Shown here piece after piece: positions 13,201 through 27,596 of a DNA stretch of 64,000 nucleotides. Origin of the DNA: Bugula neritina (lineage: Eukaryota; Animalia; Bryozoa); NCBI GenBank assembly GCA_964035545.1, contig OZ037770.1:10932463-10996462 (forward strand). The letters run 5' to 3'. Within the stretch, counting starts at the first letter, position 1; each line of letters begins with the position of its first letter. The translations under genes and the position numbers were made by a program. Under the pieces are notes generated by a model. That model searched no databases. It worked only from the letters and a program-made list of their open reading frames with translations, and was not told the origin of the DNA.

Positions 13201-16200
13201 AAGCTTTTGGTCTCAGTCTTTCAACTGTACATTTATAATATGCTCCAAACAAAATCTGTTGAATATATTGCCTTGCAGTTTAATTGAACATTATTTTGAA
13301 GCACTATATTTTTGTTGTAATCACAAGGCTTGATATTTTTTCATTCAATTTAAAAACTGCTTCGTTTCACCCCTGGAAGATGAGTTTGATAAATCAGCAC
13401 TTTCTATGAAGGCACACTACGGGACTCAACAAGACTTTTTACGAGTTGTTTCATACTGTTTATACTTTTTTTTTCATCAAAGAGAATGCCTTTCAAACTC
13501 AAATTTACAAATGCAGCCTCTATTAACGCTGTGGGGTTTTGGAGTAGTTATAGAAACAATAACATATTTTTGGAGCAATCTCCCAGTTTCAACTTGCTAT
13601 GCGGTTATCAGAATTTGTATGTAAAAAATAGAAATATACGAATTTTTTGTGATGGGTATGGGGGGAAAATTGAGAGAGTTTTCGATTCTTTGGCTCAACT
13701 GAAGTTTTGAAACAGGAATTTGAACTTTTTACTAGTTTGGTTATATTTCTTTTGCTCCTAGTAATGTTGTTTCAGCATTGATAATAACAAGATGTGAATA
13801 AGTACACTGATAGTTATGTGTGCACTATACCTGTTTTGGTTACAGTTACAGTGTGACTCCAAAGCATGTGATGAGATATGACCTTGACATTTCATAACTA
13901 TCTTTTAAGTGTTGGTTGCATGGTTGAATAGTTAAATTTGTATTATTGTAAAACTAGTTTTTACTTTTGGTGAAAATTTGTCTCCCGAATAGTTCAATTC
14001 ACCATTCAAAAGTAGGCATATTTATTGAATATATCTGCCAGATGATTGCGTCATTTATTGTGATATCTATTTGTGAATTTTTTTGCAGCTTCTTTGTATG
14101 AAGACTATTTTTTCTCAACAGGCAATATGTGTTGTAGATAATGTTTTGATCCAGTTTATTGGACGAATCGCAGCTCAGGTACAGCAGTTGACCTCGTTTC
14201 TCGTGCACTCGTACCACAAGTATATGGTCGGGTTGCGAGTTGTCGTAGAGACAGATGATCACTTCGCGATGGACGAGGACTACCTCACTCGAGACGAGTT
14301 TAGTCTGCATAAGATAATAGTCGCTGCTAGCAATGTTGGGAAGGTAAGCGAGTTTTGTAAACTTAATCTACTAATATAGAAGAGAGTGGCTCTATCTTAA
14401 TGAGTAAAATGTTTATGCATTTAATTTTAATGGGCAGACAGCAACACATGACTGACTTTCACGGTGCTAGTCTATGGATTGGCAAAAAATTTCTTTGAAA
14501 CTTATGCTCAAAAAGTGAATTTTTGATTTAGCCCCACCCTTCCCTACTTAAAATATGTAATATATTGTTTATTGTTTGGTTTTACTAATTTTGTACATCA
14601 CGTTATATAGTTTCACTCCTGTGTGCCCAAATGTACTTATATCTCAATCATATGCACTAGATGGTTATTTAAAAGAGGTTTTGAAGCATCACATAGACTG
14701 GAAGTAGTTAATCAGATGACTGAGGTGTGTACAAACTGAGCACATGATGTGTGGTACATCACATCACATGGGACAGAGTAATGTACAGTAGTCACATGTC
14801 ACTGTAGGTGTACGGACTAGACAGCTATACAGGGAAGGTCATCTGGAGCAGATATGTGCGGCAGCTGGCTCCTTTCCTATCGTCCAATAAAATGATTCTT
14901 TACATCCAGAGATCCACGGCTCACTACCCTCACCCTCCGTACGCTACTCTCATTGGCCAGCAGTCAGTAAGTGTCCTTTCTATTGGTCTCATCATTTGTA
15001 ACGAGTCATGTGATTGGACAATATTTTGCACTTTTTCATATTGTAGTGCGAAGGCTGTGGATCTGTAATTTACTCTTTCAACCCGGTTACGGGTGCCCCC
15101 TACACCACCCAACCTATTCTCACTGACTATAGTGTAGAACAAGTCATGATGATGCCTACTGCCCAGCATGACTTTCTCAAACCTATTGTACTGTTGGACT
15201 CTTCCAGACAGGTAAAACTCAGCAGTTTGGAGTTGTCTTCTTACAGTAAATCAGATTACTCTCTTTGTGTGCACATGTGAAGGGAATGTTTGACAAATGC
15301 GGGTCGATTTGTGGTAGCTCTAGCAGGAGTAGACTGACAATAACCTGTTCATATCGTACAGGCAGCTGAAGGTCTAAGACTATTATATGTTTGAAAATAA
15401 CCTGGTATGACAACTCAAAGTGTCACCCAGTGACACAATATAGCAAGTGATTTTTTTTAGCTGACTTTCTTGTATTGCTGCAACCAGCTTTTGCTGCATA
15501 TACCGTTCTGACATTCAGTTCTATTTGATATTTTGTTCATATATTTTTTTAGTGTGGAAATGAACTAAGTTAACTGAAAATCTTGTTTTCCAAATTTCAA
15601 ATCAAATTGATGTGGATTTTTACTATTTGTGTTCGAGTTAGTTGCAATGCTAACACTGTACTTATAGGTGCACGTGTACCCCGACAATAGTAATCTTGAC
15701 TCGGCCCAGGAAATGTTTCTGTTTTCTGCTCAATCCAGCACTGGCACCATTGAAGGGATGAGATTGTCTGGTAACACTCTTCAGGTATGAAATTCACTTG
15801 CCATAGCAATCCTATTGCTTTACTTTGCTAACAACAGAATAATGCCTTGTTTATCAGTTTTGTTATTAATTAGTTGAAAGTTGTATTTGAGTCTTACTAA
15901 CATTCGTTCATCCTGTTATGGTTCTGCAGAATATTGCTCTGCCCTGTTGAATCCACTTTAGCATTAGTAGCTAGCAGGTGGTAACAGGTGTTTGGATTGG
16001 TGTAAGTGGCATCCATACAAGTAATGCACCTGGTGCTACATAAGTAGGTAGAGGATATGAAAAACTTTCCGATTTATTACGAGCTACAAAATTTAGTTGT
16101 TTGGGTTGTCTTATATTACAGAAAGAGTCCAGGCAGACTAGAGTTGTAATTAAGATTTGCTTCCGCTTGGTATTACAAACTTTTATACCATATTTTGACC

Positions 16201-19200
16201 TGCAAAAAGTTCAGCTATAAATACTTGATCTTGAGGTCTCTTAGAATCTGTTTCTCTGTAGAGAGATGATAACGTTTAGAAAATCTAGTTATCTCTATAG
16301 ATTTTAAAGCTTCACTGTTTATTATACCGTTGAGCTAAACTGGTTTTATAAGTTTAGAAATATCTCAGCAATCTGTAGTTGTCCTCCCCCCAATCATGTA
16401 CTCTGTTTCATGGTGCAGATAACTTCCCTCCATGCATGGAGTAATGTCCATAACAGGAATACTTTTTGAGCATCAAATTATTGATATGAGTTATTTGGAG
16501 TTGTATTCTTTCTTAGACTATGAAAGTGGAGCCCACCTGGAAACTAACGCTTGGTGGTAACATCGTGTCCCTCAAGACTAAGCAGTACAGAGAACATGTG
16601 CACTCCCAGGGCAAGGTGCAGGCCAACCGTGATGTCCTCTTTAAGTATGTCAACCCCAACCTCGTGGCTGTGATCACAGAATCTGAGGCTAATACTGAGC
16701 ACTGTGAGTGAAGCTATGAGTCATTCTGTGTCAGCTGCTGCTGCTGGTGCTGATGGTATATTGTTAAAAAAATGATCACATGACCTTTTTGATGGTTCAA
16801 TTAAAATATGTATTCAACTGCTTTGTAAGTCCTAACAAATGAAGATTCGGTTTTATGATACATATTATATGAGGTATTGTATTCATGTGGTTAAAATTGT
16901 ATTTGAAATGAATTTATCCAGGTTTATTTCATACAGTTTTATTGCCTGCAGTCTTTTCTTTTTAATACTTCATGAAGCTGTAATGCACAATGTTTTAAAA
17001 AAGGCAATTAAAAATCTGTTTCAAACATTTTGTTCAGAAATTGCGGTTTGAAACTATCGAACTTAAAAACAAAAAAAAACACAATCTTGTAGTCAAAGGT
17101 AACATAAATCGGGCTGTATTGTTGGGTTTTCCTTTTTGCTTTGTATATTGTTAAAGCTTTTCGGCATTTATTTAGACAGTTATGAATTCTTTTTCTTTGA
17201 GCCAAGACGTGTGCACCATAAAAGAATTCTTTGTAAAAGAAGGAAAACCTATTAGAACATATTATGAAAAGTTAAATGATACCTTATTTTGACATTTTTA
17301 TCTCAGCACATTCTAGAATATGTTTTTGCTATGCACACATTGTTCTGGTTACAATCAGTAAGTATTCAGGTTTTTGATAAAATGATCAAGTTTGGCACTA
17401 GAAGACATTCGATAAAGTACCAGCATTCATCTAATTTTAATTAATAAATTATATTTTTGAAACTCGATTTCTCTTGTTGCCGGTAATAGTGCTGCTATAT
17501 TTCTGTAGCCTCACTAACCGTACACCTGTTGGATGGGGTGTCTGGACGTCTCATATTCACATGTACCCACAAGAGGTCCTCTGGCCCCGTACACATGGTA
17601 CACTCGGAGAACTGGGTCGTGGTGAGTGGAGATTATCTCCCCTTTTTATCCCACTGTTAAATTGATTATTATATACTATAGCCTGTCTCCCCCTCTCCTG
17701 TGTAGTCAGTGAGGTTGAGTTAGTTATAAACAGCAGGATTTACCCAATGATTTTGGTGTGAACCCAAATTCCTTTACTAGAGTGTTGTCTGATGCTGTTG
17801 AATAAAGAAATTGTAATGTTTGTTTTAAAATATTACTGAACTACGTAGTCTTGCATGTTGTTTTCGAACATTGAAAATTTTAGTATTTCTTTATGTACTT
17901 TGTACTGTTTGGCCCTCTATGTCGTGTCAAATATGCATCCTAACTCTATATGAATTTGTTGTGCGCTAGTCTTATGTGACATGAAGAGAATAGAAATAAT
18001 ATAAAGCATGGGAATTACATGTGTGTTAGCTATTGCAGTGTGCAGGCATAAAATTAAATTCACTAGAATTACCATGATGATATTTTTACTTTATTAGACA
18101 GTTTAGTTTGATATTTTTCGTGTTTTATTCTAGCCCAGCTATTCTATAGTATGTTTATATTTTCTTATAGTACACGTACTATAACCACAAGGGGCGGCGC
18201 ATAGAGATTGCTGTGTTGGAGCTGTACGAAGGGTTGACTCAAGTGAATGCTACAGCCTTTAGTTCTCTGCAAACCAACACCAGCCCCCTAGTTATGAGAC
18301 AGGCGTATATACTGGGCACCACCCTTACCGCCCTCTCCGCAACTCTGACAGAAAAGGGGATCTCTGGCAAAAACATTCTTAGTAAGTATGATGCTGACAG
18401 GTTTTGATTCATATCTTTTTGAAATTGGGTTTTAAGTAGGATTTAAAACTTATCATTCGTATGATTCTTTGTGTTCAATTAATTTCCACTATTTATGTGC
18501 TACTTTTAGTGACATGGTGTGAATTAAGTAAAAGCATTCCTACTTCTGATTTAGTTTTATCAACAACATTTAAAATTCTAGTCAAGGCAGTAGTTTTTGA
18601 GAGTTGCCTTGCTTATGTAGGGTCCAAAATTTAATTAGAAAAGTTAAATTCAATATAACGATATTATTACCATAATTAATGGTGCTAGAACTTCTCTTAG
18701 GAGAGATAGTATGTAGTTTACAAATTTTTGGTAAAACGAAATTTTCACATCAATTTTTGTTTTGTATATATATAACAAAACTGCAGATTGCAACTTTGGA
18801 GTTTTTAAATTTTTAGTTTCGTTATATGAAATATTTTTTTGATTTCACAGTTATCTGTACCTTGTCCCTGAAATTAAAAACAATTTAAAATAATTACTTG
18901 GCAATAGAAATTGATAAAAGTGTTTGATCTTTTATACATCTCCATTTTGTAATTTATATATATTATTTTTTCTCATTTGTGTAACTTCACACTATATTCT
19001 GTGACTCTGCTTAGTTGTTGGTGGTGGCATGTACACCACACACTCAGCACACTTTCTCGCACGCATACAGCTGCACACACAAACACAACCTTCGATTGCG
19101 CAGTGAGTTATGCTTCTGATTTAAATTCAAATCTTACAATCTGTGTTGGTTGACTAGTATTTTTAAATGTATTATTTAGAGAATTTCTCTGTAAAACTGT

Positions 19201-22200
19201 AACTATTTTGAACCATGACTGTTACTCTTGCATACTACAGTGGCTCGCTCTGTCGGAGGTCTAGTCCAGGTTCCTAAGATGTTTGTCGATCCACGAAGGC
19301 CTCTGGAGCCCTCCCAGGCAGCTAAAGAAGAAGGCTTACCTCCGTATATGCCTGAACTGCCCCTTAGCTTTGACAACACTATCAACTACAACCAGAGTGT
19401 CTATAGAATTAGAGACATCCATTCTGAACCTTCAGGACTAGAGAGCACTAGCCTCATTGTTGCCTATGGTTTAGGTTTGTATAAATATGTTTACTTGAGT
19501 TCATGACTTAGGATGTTGATACTTTATTGTGCTTTAACATGGACAGTTGTTTCGTTGGTCGACTGCCAATCTTTCTAGTCTCTAGTGGAAGGCTGATGTT
19601 GAATTACTAAAATTAGAAATAGATTTAATTCCTCTGACAGTTTGTATTTAGTGTTGTTTGTCATAGCTATAGCATCGATTGGATTTTTTGAGTTTGCTAT
19701 CGTAATGCCACACTCACACGTGCTGTTTAAAATGTATTTATTTTCAAATTGTCTTGATTTTTGTCAAGTCTTCTGCTAAGAAAGCTAAAAAAATAAGATC
19801 CATTTTGATAGTATGGGATAAAACTGTTAGTTTGAAAATCAGCCATTTTGTTTGTTCAACTGATGCTTTCTTTTATATTTAAAATCAGCCTAAATATGTG
19901 CAGTTTTATACATGCTACCCTTGATGAAGGATTGAACGTTCTCAGAAGGTGCTAGATGACTTTTGGTCTTTTGAAATGAAGGCTAAAATAAAACTACTCT
20001 GCCTCTCACGCATGCAAGTTTAGCCGCCTTCCCTGTGGGAAAGCCCTGGTGGAAGGGGTGTTTTGTTTAGTCGAGCTAAGGACTTATTTAGATGTCGCAC
20101 GGCCGAAATTATGACTGTATCCTTTTCCTAACATCACCAATAGCCTTTGTGCGCTTCGAACCCATGACTTCCTATTTACTGTAACCCTTGGACCAATAAA
20201 ACTTCTCTGCCTATTCAAATTAAATTGGGCAATGAAAATGGTTGCTAACCAAGACTGGTTTACTTTGAGTCTTTCCTCCGTTTCCTCATCACTTTGTAGA
20301 ATTATGACCTGACTCACAAATTAATTAGTCCAACTTGTTCAATGCTGTTTCCTTTATGTGTTAGGAATGTAAAAGTAATAACAAGCAATATCATGCTCAC
20401 GTTTTAACTGCTTGCTGATTATTTCATGAAGATATTAAATCACGTTTATGGATTTGTTTGTTCTTTGATACAACTGTGCATGTAACTTGCATTTAGGAAT
20501 TTTTTGTGTCAAGCCTCAACAATGGTGAAGTCATTTTGTAAAAGGTTTTTTTTCCCGGTACGATTGAGATTTGAGAATTTTCTCACTTTAGGTGAAATCT
20601 ATTGCCTCTTTATCTCCAATATTTTTAATTAAAGTGATAGCGGTCTGTATGGTGACATTTACTTTAGCCTCGCGGATTATTTACTCTCACCAATCGTCAG
20701 CCAACTGGCCAAAGATAACGATTATTTGCGTGTTTCGGTCTTTTCGAATCATCATCCGTGCGTATGTAAGCCTTGCATCACAACATCTTGTCAAAGCGTC
20801 ACCTCGCCTATCTACCTTTTCACTTTGAATAGAGAAACTCCAAGTAATTGAAATTGGTTCTTTCTTTTCAGCTGCTGAGGCAGTTATTAAATTATATCCG
20901 TTTGAAGAGAAATTGCTTTATTTCCCTTCTTTTAAAATCCAAGTGGTTGATGATTTTATGATAGGATGTGATTAGAATTATTCTTTTTAAATCTGAAATT
21001 TTTAATTGATTTTATTTTAATAGACTGCTAAGTTGCTAGGCTTCAAACTCAATTTTGTTTGCATCATTTAAAATTTTTGTTTGAAAATCTGGCAATCAAT
21101 GTTTGCTGAAAACCTCATATTTTATATTTTCATATTAATATGATATGAAATGACCGAACCTCGAATGTATATATTGTAATAATATTCCACTCAAACTTAT
21201 TGCCTGGCCGTCTGCTATGTCGCTTTAGTTGTTTTGGTAAATCTTCCCATATAATTGCAATGTAACCTGATAAAACAGAACAAAATTAATATTAGTATGT
21301 TGAATTATGTATTTCAATTTTCTACTAATTTTTATGAATTTTGTGGCCGAAAGTTCTTAATATTTGTGCTTAAAGTGATTGAATGGACATTTAGGAACAG
21401 TAGTGAAGAAACTGAGATAACATAAGTTCTTTAATTCGTTGTTAAATTTTGGTTTGGGGCAAGAGCATAACTTCTTATGCTGCATTTGTAATCTAGAACA
21501 CAGGCTTTTCTCAATCTCTCCATTACTGCACCTACCTCTGAGTGACTAGGTGAGGACATTATTGATGAAATTGGGACGTGTTGAGTATTAGTATCTGTAT
21601 GTTTGCTCAAAGTGGTAATATAGCTACTGATCTGTTTGCCTTCAAGCACATGTGTTTACTATTCATTACTGCCCACAGATTTGCCGACCATCACTATGAA
21701 ACATATTGGAAATTTCAAATCCTGACACTTGGTGTTGCATAACTGCAGGATCAACAGCTTCATTGATTTAAATTGTTTTTCAATCATTTTTTCTAATTGA
21801 ACTGACCGCTAGCTATTTTGAGACATCATATCAATACATAAAACAGCTACAGTCTGTTACGATTTAACATTGAGCTAACCTGTGCTGGTTTATAAATAAC
21901 ATGCCATATTGAAAACAATTTAATTTTTTTATTTCAATAAATTGTAAAATTCACATTAACTTTCTTTTATATTTGGAAACTTGTAATATGGACACCTCAG
22001 TTCCAATGTCTCTGGTTATTTCTTGTACATTTAATTTATGTACTAATATCATTTTTTCAAATCTATTTCTACCATTTAAGTGATAGAGTGCTTTTAATGA
22101 GAAAAATATGTTTGTAAACAATTTAAATCAACGAATTTGTTGATCCTGCATATATGCAACACTGAGTGTCAGGGTTTGATATTTCCAATATGTTCAATAG

Positions 22201-23004
22201 CGATGGTCAAAAAGTTTGTGGGCCATCATTTATTTACTCTGTTAGTGGTTGTGCATATGATGTAATTGGAACACAATTTATTAGATTTTATGTAATTAGT
22301 CTAAAATCGATTGAGTTGCCAGACTTATTTTCTGTCTAAAATCATGTTTTTCAAAGGTAATCAAATCCGGGATCTATGAATACCAATTAACTTATATTAT
22401 TTTGCCTGCTTTGTGTTCTAGAATAATACTAATCAAAAGTCTATTGATTATAAAATACTTTATCCTGCATTTTCCTGTTTACCAATGCCATTGGTGATGC
22501 AATTTCGGATAGGATTAAGGTGTTAGCTATCAAATAACAGTAATTTGTTATTGTAGTAAATGTTAACTGTGATTGTGGCCAAGTCAGTTTATTTGAGTTT
22601 ATTTAATGATAAGCTGTTCAATGCATGCAGATCCTTGAATATGTTTAGCAAGAGTAAATAAAGAAGCTTGCTCAAAAGTTTTATCTACCGTCTGATTACG
22701 TTCTCATGTTGGGCACACAAAGTATATTACGTTTATCAGATCTTCTATTTTGCCATTTCATGTTGTATGACATTTACGTTTATACATTGTCATTTGATAG
22801 ACTAAATGTTTCAACAAATTTACTATATCATTTGTGTTTGTAGATATGTTTCATACCAAAGTAGCTCCTTCCAGCACTTATGATCGCCTTAAAGATGACT
22901 TTGATTATATATTTATTGGCGGCGTAACAATTGGTATGATAGTTATATCTTTTGTGAGTCGCTATTTTGCCCTTAGAAAACTGGTAACAAGGGCGTGGAA
23001 ATAG
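4258..23004 (+). CDS. EMC1: ER membrane protein complex subunit 1, ~20 exons
   Basis: Signal peptide then LYEDQVGKFDW (exon 4258-4379; alternative ATGs at 4270 and 4300). Other exons include WRMQHIG..ENVVAAL (4703-4827), WRHVLE (5000-5153), WQREEALASI..EMVDLP (~11741-11860), RDEFSLHKIIV (~14138-14343), QRSTAHYPHPP (14808-14966), HVHSQGKVQANRDVLFKYVNPNL (~16517-16703), HSENWVV (~17509-17621), ELYEG (~18171-18381) and DPRRP..SGLESTSL (~19241-19474). The last exon, 22844-23004, encodes DDFDY + TM helix + RAWK*. Introns are GT-AG. Confidence 0.95.
6721..7021. repeat. Intronic minisatellite (TATATTACTGTAG / TATATTACTATATTGTGC subunits)
   Basis: Directly visible tandem array immediately after an EMC1 donor site. 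Confidence 0.9.
8963..9330. repeat. 20-bp minisatellite TATACAGTTACTATTGTGAC
   Basis: About 18 near-identical tandem copies in an EMC1 intron. Confidence 0.95.
10305..10367 (+). repeat. 21-bp x3 repeat that triplicates an EMC1 3' splice site
   Basis: GACAC(A/T)TTGTAGCAGGTGTTT occurs three times; CAG acceptors end at 10319, 10340 and 10361. Confidence 0.9.
20030..20200 (-). mobile_element. Degenerate tRNA-derived SINE copy
   Basis: The minus strand has TGGTCCAAGGG ... GGTTCGAAGCG ... GGTGATGTTAGGAAAAGGATACAG, homologous to the copy at 418-631. Confidence 0.65.
21667..22225. mobile_element. MITE-like element with ~90-bp imperfect terminal inverted repeats
   Basis: ACATATTGGAAATTTCAAATCCTGACACTTGGTGTTGCAT..TGCAGGATCAACA (~21700-21756) is mirrored by TGTTGATCCTGCA..ATGCAACACTGAGTGTCAGGGTTTGATATTTCCAATATGT (~22138-22193). 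Confidence 0.7.
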
Positions 23005-23649
23005 AACAGTAGCTGTACAAACAACTCTGATTTGCCAACGTCTCTGTATGCTAATTTCAATTGTAAATTTTTTGTGCAAAGTTTAAGTAAATCATGTAAA
23101 TGTGAATTATGTTTTGTTAACTGTTCCTGTTGCGTACCCGTTTTGCTTGTAATTTAGCAGTTATTCTTTATTTTATATTAGCTAGACAAGTTATTCTGCT
23201 TGTATTTTGCATAATTTATCTGCTATGTATGCAAATAATTCGTAAGTTTAATTTAATGAAAAATAAACATTTCTCCACATGTTTGAGTCACTGGCTAATT
23301 ATTCCTATACTACACACATTCATGAATACTTGTTTATAAAAACACAATCAAGGTAGCAGTATTTCACATGGGGTGATATTTATTAATGATATGACAACAG
23401 TAAGATTACAACTGTACAATTGTAGACAATAATAATATAGCAAAACTCTGGTAAAAGATAAGTATAGTTTATATAATTATTTATGTATATGGAAACACAT
23501 AAACTTCACAAACAGAAAAATACAAATAAGCTAATTTAGATTGAGGTTTTTTTAGTTACTAAATGCAATATTTGGTTATATTGGTTCTTTAAAAATTAAA
23601 ATAATATAGGTTTAGAGTGAGATCTTTTATCAGCTATGCAAATTTGGCA

Positions 23650-26630
23650 TTACTTTTTAAGATAATTATTTAAAGGGTGACTTTCGTACCAGTGCTTGCT
23701 ATAATATGGCCAATCTTCTCGTATGTTGCCTAAATTTCTTCCAACCAATTCATTTCCACTACCAATCTTCTCCAGGTATCTTTTTCCAACTAGTCCATTA
23801 CCACTACTAATCTTCTCCAGGTATCTTTTTCCAACTAGTTCATTACCACTTCCAATCCTTTCCAAATATCTTTTTCCAACCAATTCATTGCCACTACCAA
23901 TCTTCTCCAGGTATCTTTTTCCAACTAGTTCATTACCACTGCCAATCCTTTCCAAATATCTTTTTCCAACCAATTGATTGCCACTACCGATCCTTTCTAG
24001 GTATCTTTTTCCAACCAATTCATTGCCACTCCCAATCTTCTCCAAATATCTTTTTCCAACCAATTCATTGCCACTACCAATCCTTTCTAGATATCTTTTT
24101 CCAACCAATTCATTGCCACTGCCAATCCTTTCCAAATATCTCTTGTCTGGCAGATTGCTTCCATGGTCGATTTTCTCGGAGTCCTGTTTGTTGAGCAATG
24201 ACGGATTTCTTCTCATTTGTTCAATGTACTCCTGGAGCAGGTCTTCTTTCTCTGCTTCATTCTCACCAAGGTTTGGCGATTCGCTGTTGACTAATTCATC
24301 CGGTAGTGTAGTTTGATCAAGTTGAAGAAGCTGAGCTATTTTTAGATCATCAGGTGTCAGAGATTCCCTTCCCTCTCCACTTTCATATTGGTCATTTAAC
24401 TCGCTCAGGTATTGTATTAGAGCCCTAGATATTTTATCTGCATCTTTATCACTAAAAGAGAAAATCCATAATATTTCCATCAACACAAAAGAGTCCAGTG
24501 CTAGCAAAAGTTCAATAAAATCTTATTGTTTGAAAGCCACTTGCTATAATATGCTTGATTCACATGAATTGCTAAATTTGAAGATCAATCTAGCTTACAC
24601 ATCACTGACTGGGTGAAAAATATTATATTTCGTAGCTAAAAAAACATCTACTAAGTCTTGGTAACTCCCCTATCCAAACACGACAGAACGGAGTAAGGAA
24701 TCAAGTTGAAATTAAGTCAAATGCAATGCTTTACTGTTGAGACTAAGATTTTGGTATAGCATGTGATTTAGATTAGCAACGCCAGAATCAAGTATTTGGC
24801 ACATCTTATGCAGGTAACAAAATAAGTAGGCTAAACTAGACAATACTGTCAAAATGTATATTATTTTTTATATTCAATGTTTTTAGTACAGAATTGCACA
24901 TTATTTGGTTTAGGTGCACCATAATTTTGCAGTTATGTTACATATGCATGGCACAACTATTTTGTACGTTACACAAAATACAGGATTTAAAATGTTTTTG
25001 AACAAATATGACTTCAAATCAACATTACTATGGCTGCATGTATGCATGTATACATACATATCCATAATGTAATGCTTTATAATATATTTATTGATGGAAT
25101 AAACAAATTCTTACTGGATCACCTAAGAACTGCATTGTAAAGCTCGTGTCAACTTGTTTAAAAGTTGGAATAGGTACGAGGTATATTTTAATTAATTGGA
25201 AAATTGGAAAATTGGAAAATTTTCCATCATAAGGAAATCCTGATCCTAGCTTTGCTAACAAGTCTTAATTTCTGGATAGAAAACTGAAATAGTCATATAC
25301 GTTAAATCAAGTAGTGCATCACTTTCATAAACATATTATTTCAATGCAGACTTAGCTTGAGAAAGATGCATTTTTAAATAAACATGCTAAATGTATAATA
25401 ACTAGGCTATAGCAGGTGCTAGCAGGTTGCGCCAGGAAAACATAATATATTAGCTAGACTTAAAACAACGTGATAATATTATTATACTGCCTTTAAGAAG
25501 TTCCATAGAATTACTCTATATTAATTATTGGACATGAGTCAGAGCCTAATTTAATTTAGCCATGGATCCATAATTTAATCTGCTCTTCTTCTGCAACACC
25601 AAGTACTCTCATTTTTCTTTAACTATTAACTTTTTGTAAATCTAGATTTTAGGTTATTTAGAATTTTTGGTTTGATGCTGTTGCTATATTTAATGCAACT
25701 GTTAAAATATGTTTGATAAGATATTACAAATTTTGTTGATGAAATATTGGTATTTAGGATACAAACAGAATTTGCCCAGGCTATTCGGTTTAAAGTTTAA
25801 ACAATTATACCCTGCACGAAAGCCAAGGACTACGAATTGTTTACTTTTTGTTATCATAAAATTATTGAATACAGCTAATTATTTAATTGAATAAATAAAT
25901 TCAATTGGTAGAAGTGGGCACTTACTCGTCCCTGAGATTGTAGTAGTGCTTGACCGCCTCTTTTATGACAGTGGCATCGTCTCTACCATTGTCTTCCCTA
26001 TCTGCCACTCCTTCCATTTCAGCTTCATTAGACAACTGCAAAATATTTTACAATAATAATCAAAGAAGGCCTTGAATTATTTTTCAGTGATAATTTGAAA
26101 ATGTTTTCAATTAAGGATGCAGAAAATTACAGCAAGTTAACTGGATGTACATTCTTGTATCTAAGATCAAATTATCCACAATTATTATTATATATTATAC
26201 CTTTTTCTGATCAGGGTAGATAATATAATTTGTATTTAAACCAAAGCTATATAAGTTAATGTACCGATAAACGTTTTTGTCGACAGGTAAAACTATGAAA
26301 AATCTGTTGTAATATAGACTATAGGTTATCATTGATATAATAATTATATTCCTGAGCTGGTATTATATACAAGGGATTACCTCACTATGCAGTTTTTCGG
26401 AAGTGAGCACTTAATATAAAATATAATTATAGTAAAAAACTATGCTGAAAAGTTTCAAACGCTATATGTATATTGAGACTTTATTACATATCATATAGTT
26501 TTAAGCCTAGATACATGAGTTAAGTCAAGAAAAGTTTTACCAGTTGCTCAACTCGATCAGCTGCTGGTAAAGTCAGCACCGAAGCAGTGAGGCAGGAGGC
26601 TGAGAGAATTGCTGCCAGTAGAAACCTCAT
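23650..26630 (-). CDS. Secreted neuropeptide precursor (333 aa), nine YLE(R/K)IGSGNELV-amide-type copies; orcokinin-B / pedal-peptide / LASGLVamide-like
   Basis: Exons are 26630-26541 (MRFLLAAILSASCLTASVLT signal peptide), 26035-25926 and 24451-23650, with consistent splice phases. An acidic pro-region precedes nine peptides flanked by KR, each ending in a Gly amide donor. The family assignment is by recalled motif resemblance only. Confidence 0.9.
23740..24145 (-). repeat. 45-bp coding tandem repeat (9 units) within the neuropeptide exon
   Basis: The repeat unit encodes KRYLERIGSGNELVG. Confidence 0.95.
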
Positions 26631-26692
26631 CTTGACTTCTTCACTTCTTCAACTGTTGAAACCGTTTAACATAAGTTTACGCTGCTGCCTGC

Positions 26693-26698
26693 TTTATA
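26693..26698 (-). promoter_or_regulatory. TATA box of the neuropeptide gene
   Basis: TATAAAG on the minus strand, ~65 nt upstream of the ATG. Confidence 0.55.
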
Positions 26699-27596
26699 TC
26701 ATGCCAGTGATGTATTACGTAATTTTAAAAAGTATGAAGAACCATTTCTTGAAACTGATTGGATAATAATATAGTAAGAATTATAAGTGATTGGCTGTGT
26801 GAAACATTGTATGATTGGTAATATAGTGGTTATAATATATCGATTTTCCTTAGTAGTATTAAAGTACACATACATATAAAGCATTAAGCCACCATCTATT
26901 ACATTTTTAAATCGATAGATTAAGTAATTTTTTGTCATGAATTGGTCCCAAAAATAACTACATATGGATTCGAGTGCAATTAGCAAAGTCGGTTATATTA
27001 TAGCTATAACTATAGCAATGCATATATTATTTTAAAATTATTTAAAGTTCAACATGTGAATTGATGATTTATATACCATATGTTATGGTTATCAACAAAA
27101 ATTATTATAATAATTGCTGTATTAAACACAATTGTTATCATGATTGCCCCAAACATTATATAAATATCAACAAACGCAACTGCATGATCATCAGTAAAGT
27201 ATGTTATATTGAATTCACACATCTATGGGAAATATAGCCCAAGAAATATTTACATCAAGAGTAACACATGAGTTTTATCATTATTGTTATGCTAACGATT
27301 AGTAATGATTTGATTTTAACCTGATACACCATTTCAGAACAATTAGCCATTGTAGAACGCAAAATATAATCTACAGAGAGTTGTCTGTACCTTAATAGTA
27401 TGTCCGCTAAATGTGGTCACGAATTGACGATTGTTTTTATAGTAACCATAAGGAGGAGATAACACACTGAACGAGTTTGTTGAACACGCACGCGCAGACG
27501 CAATTTCCTCCATGTGTATCGAGGTAAAAAGTTGTAGCTAGCGAACGTGAGCGGCTCTTTTAATTTTAAAGACCGTTGTTAATTTTATCCTGTAAA

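Noticed and set aside
23723-24316. Plus-strand repetitive ORFs (LPLPIFSRYLFPTNS)n
   Set aside because: Antisense shadow of the neuropeptide repeat.
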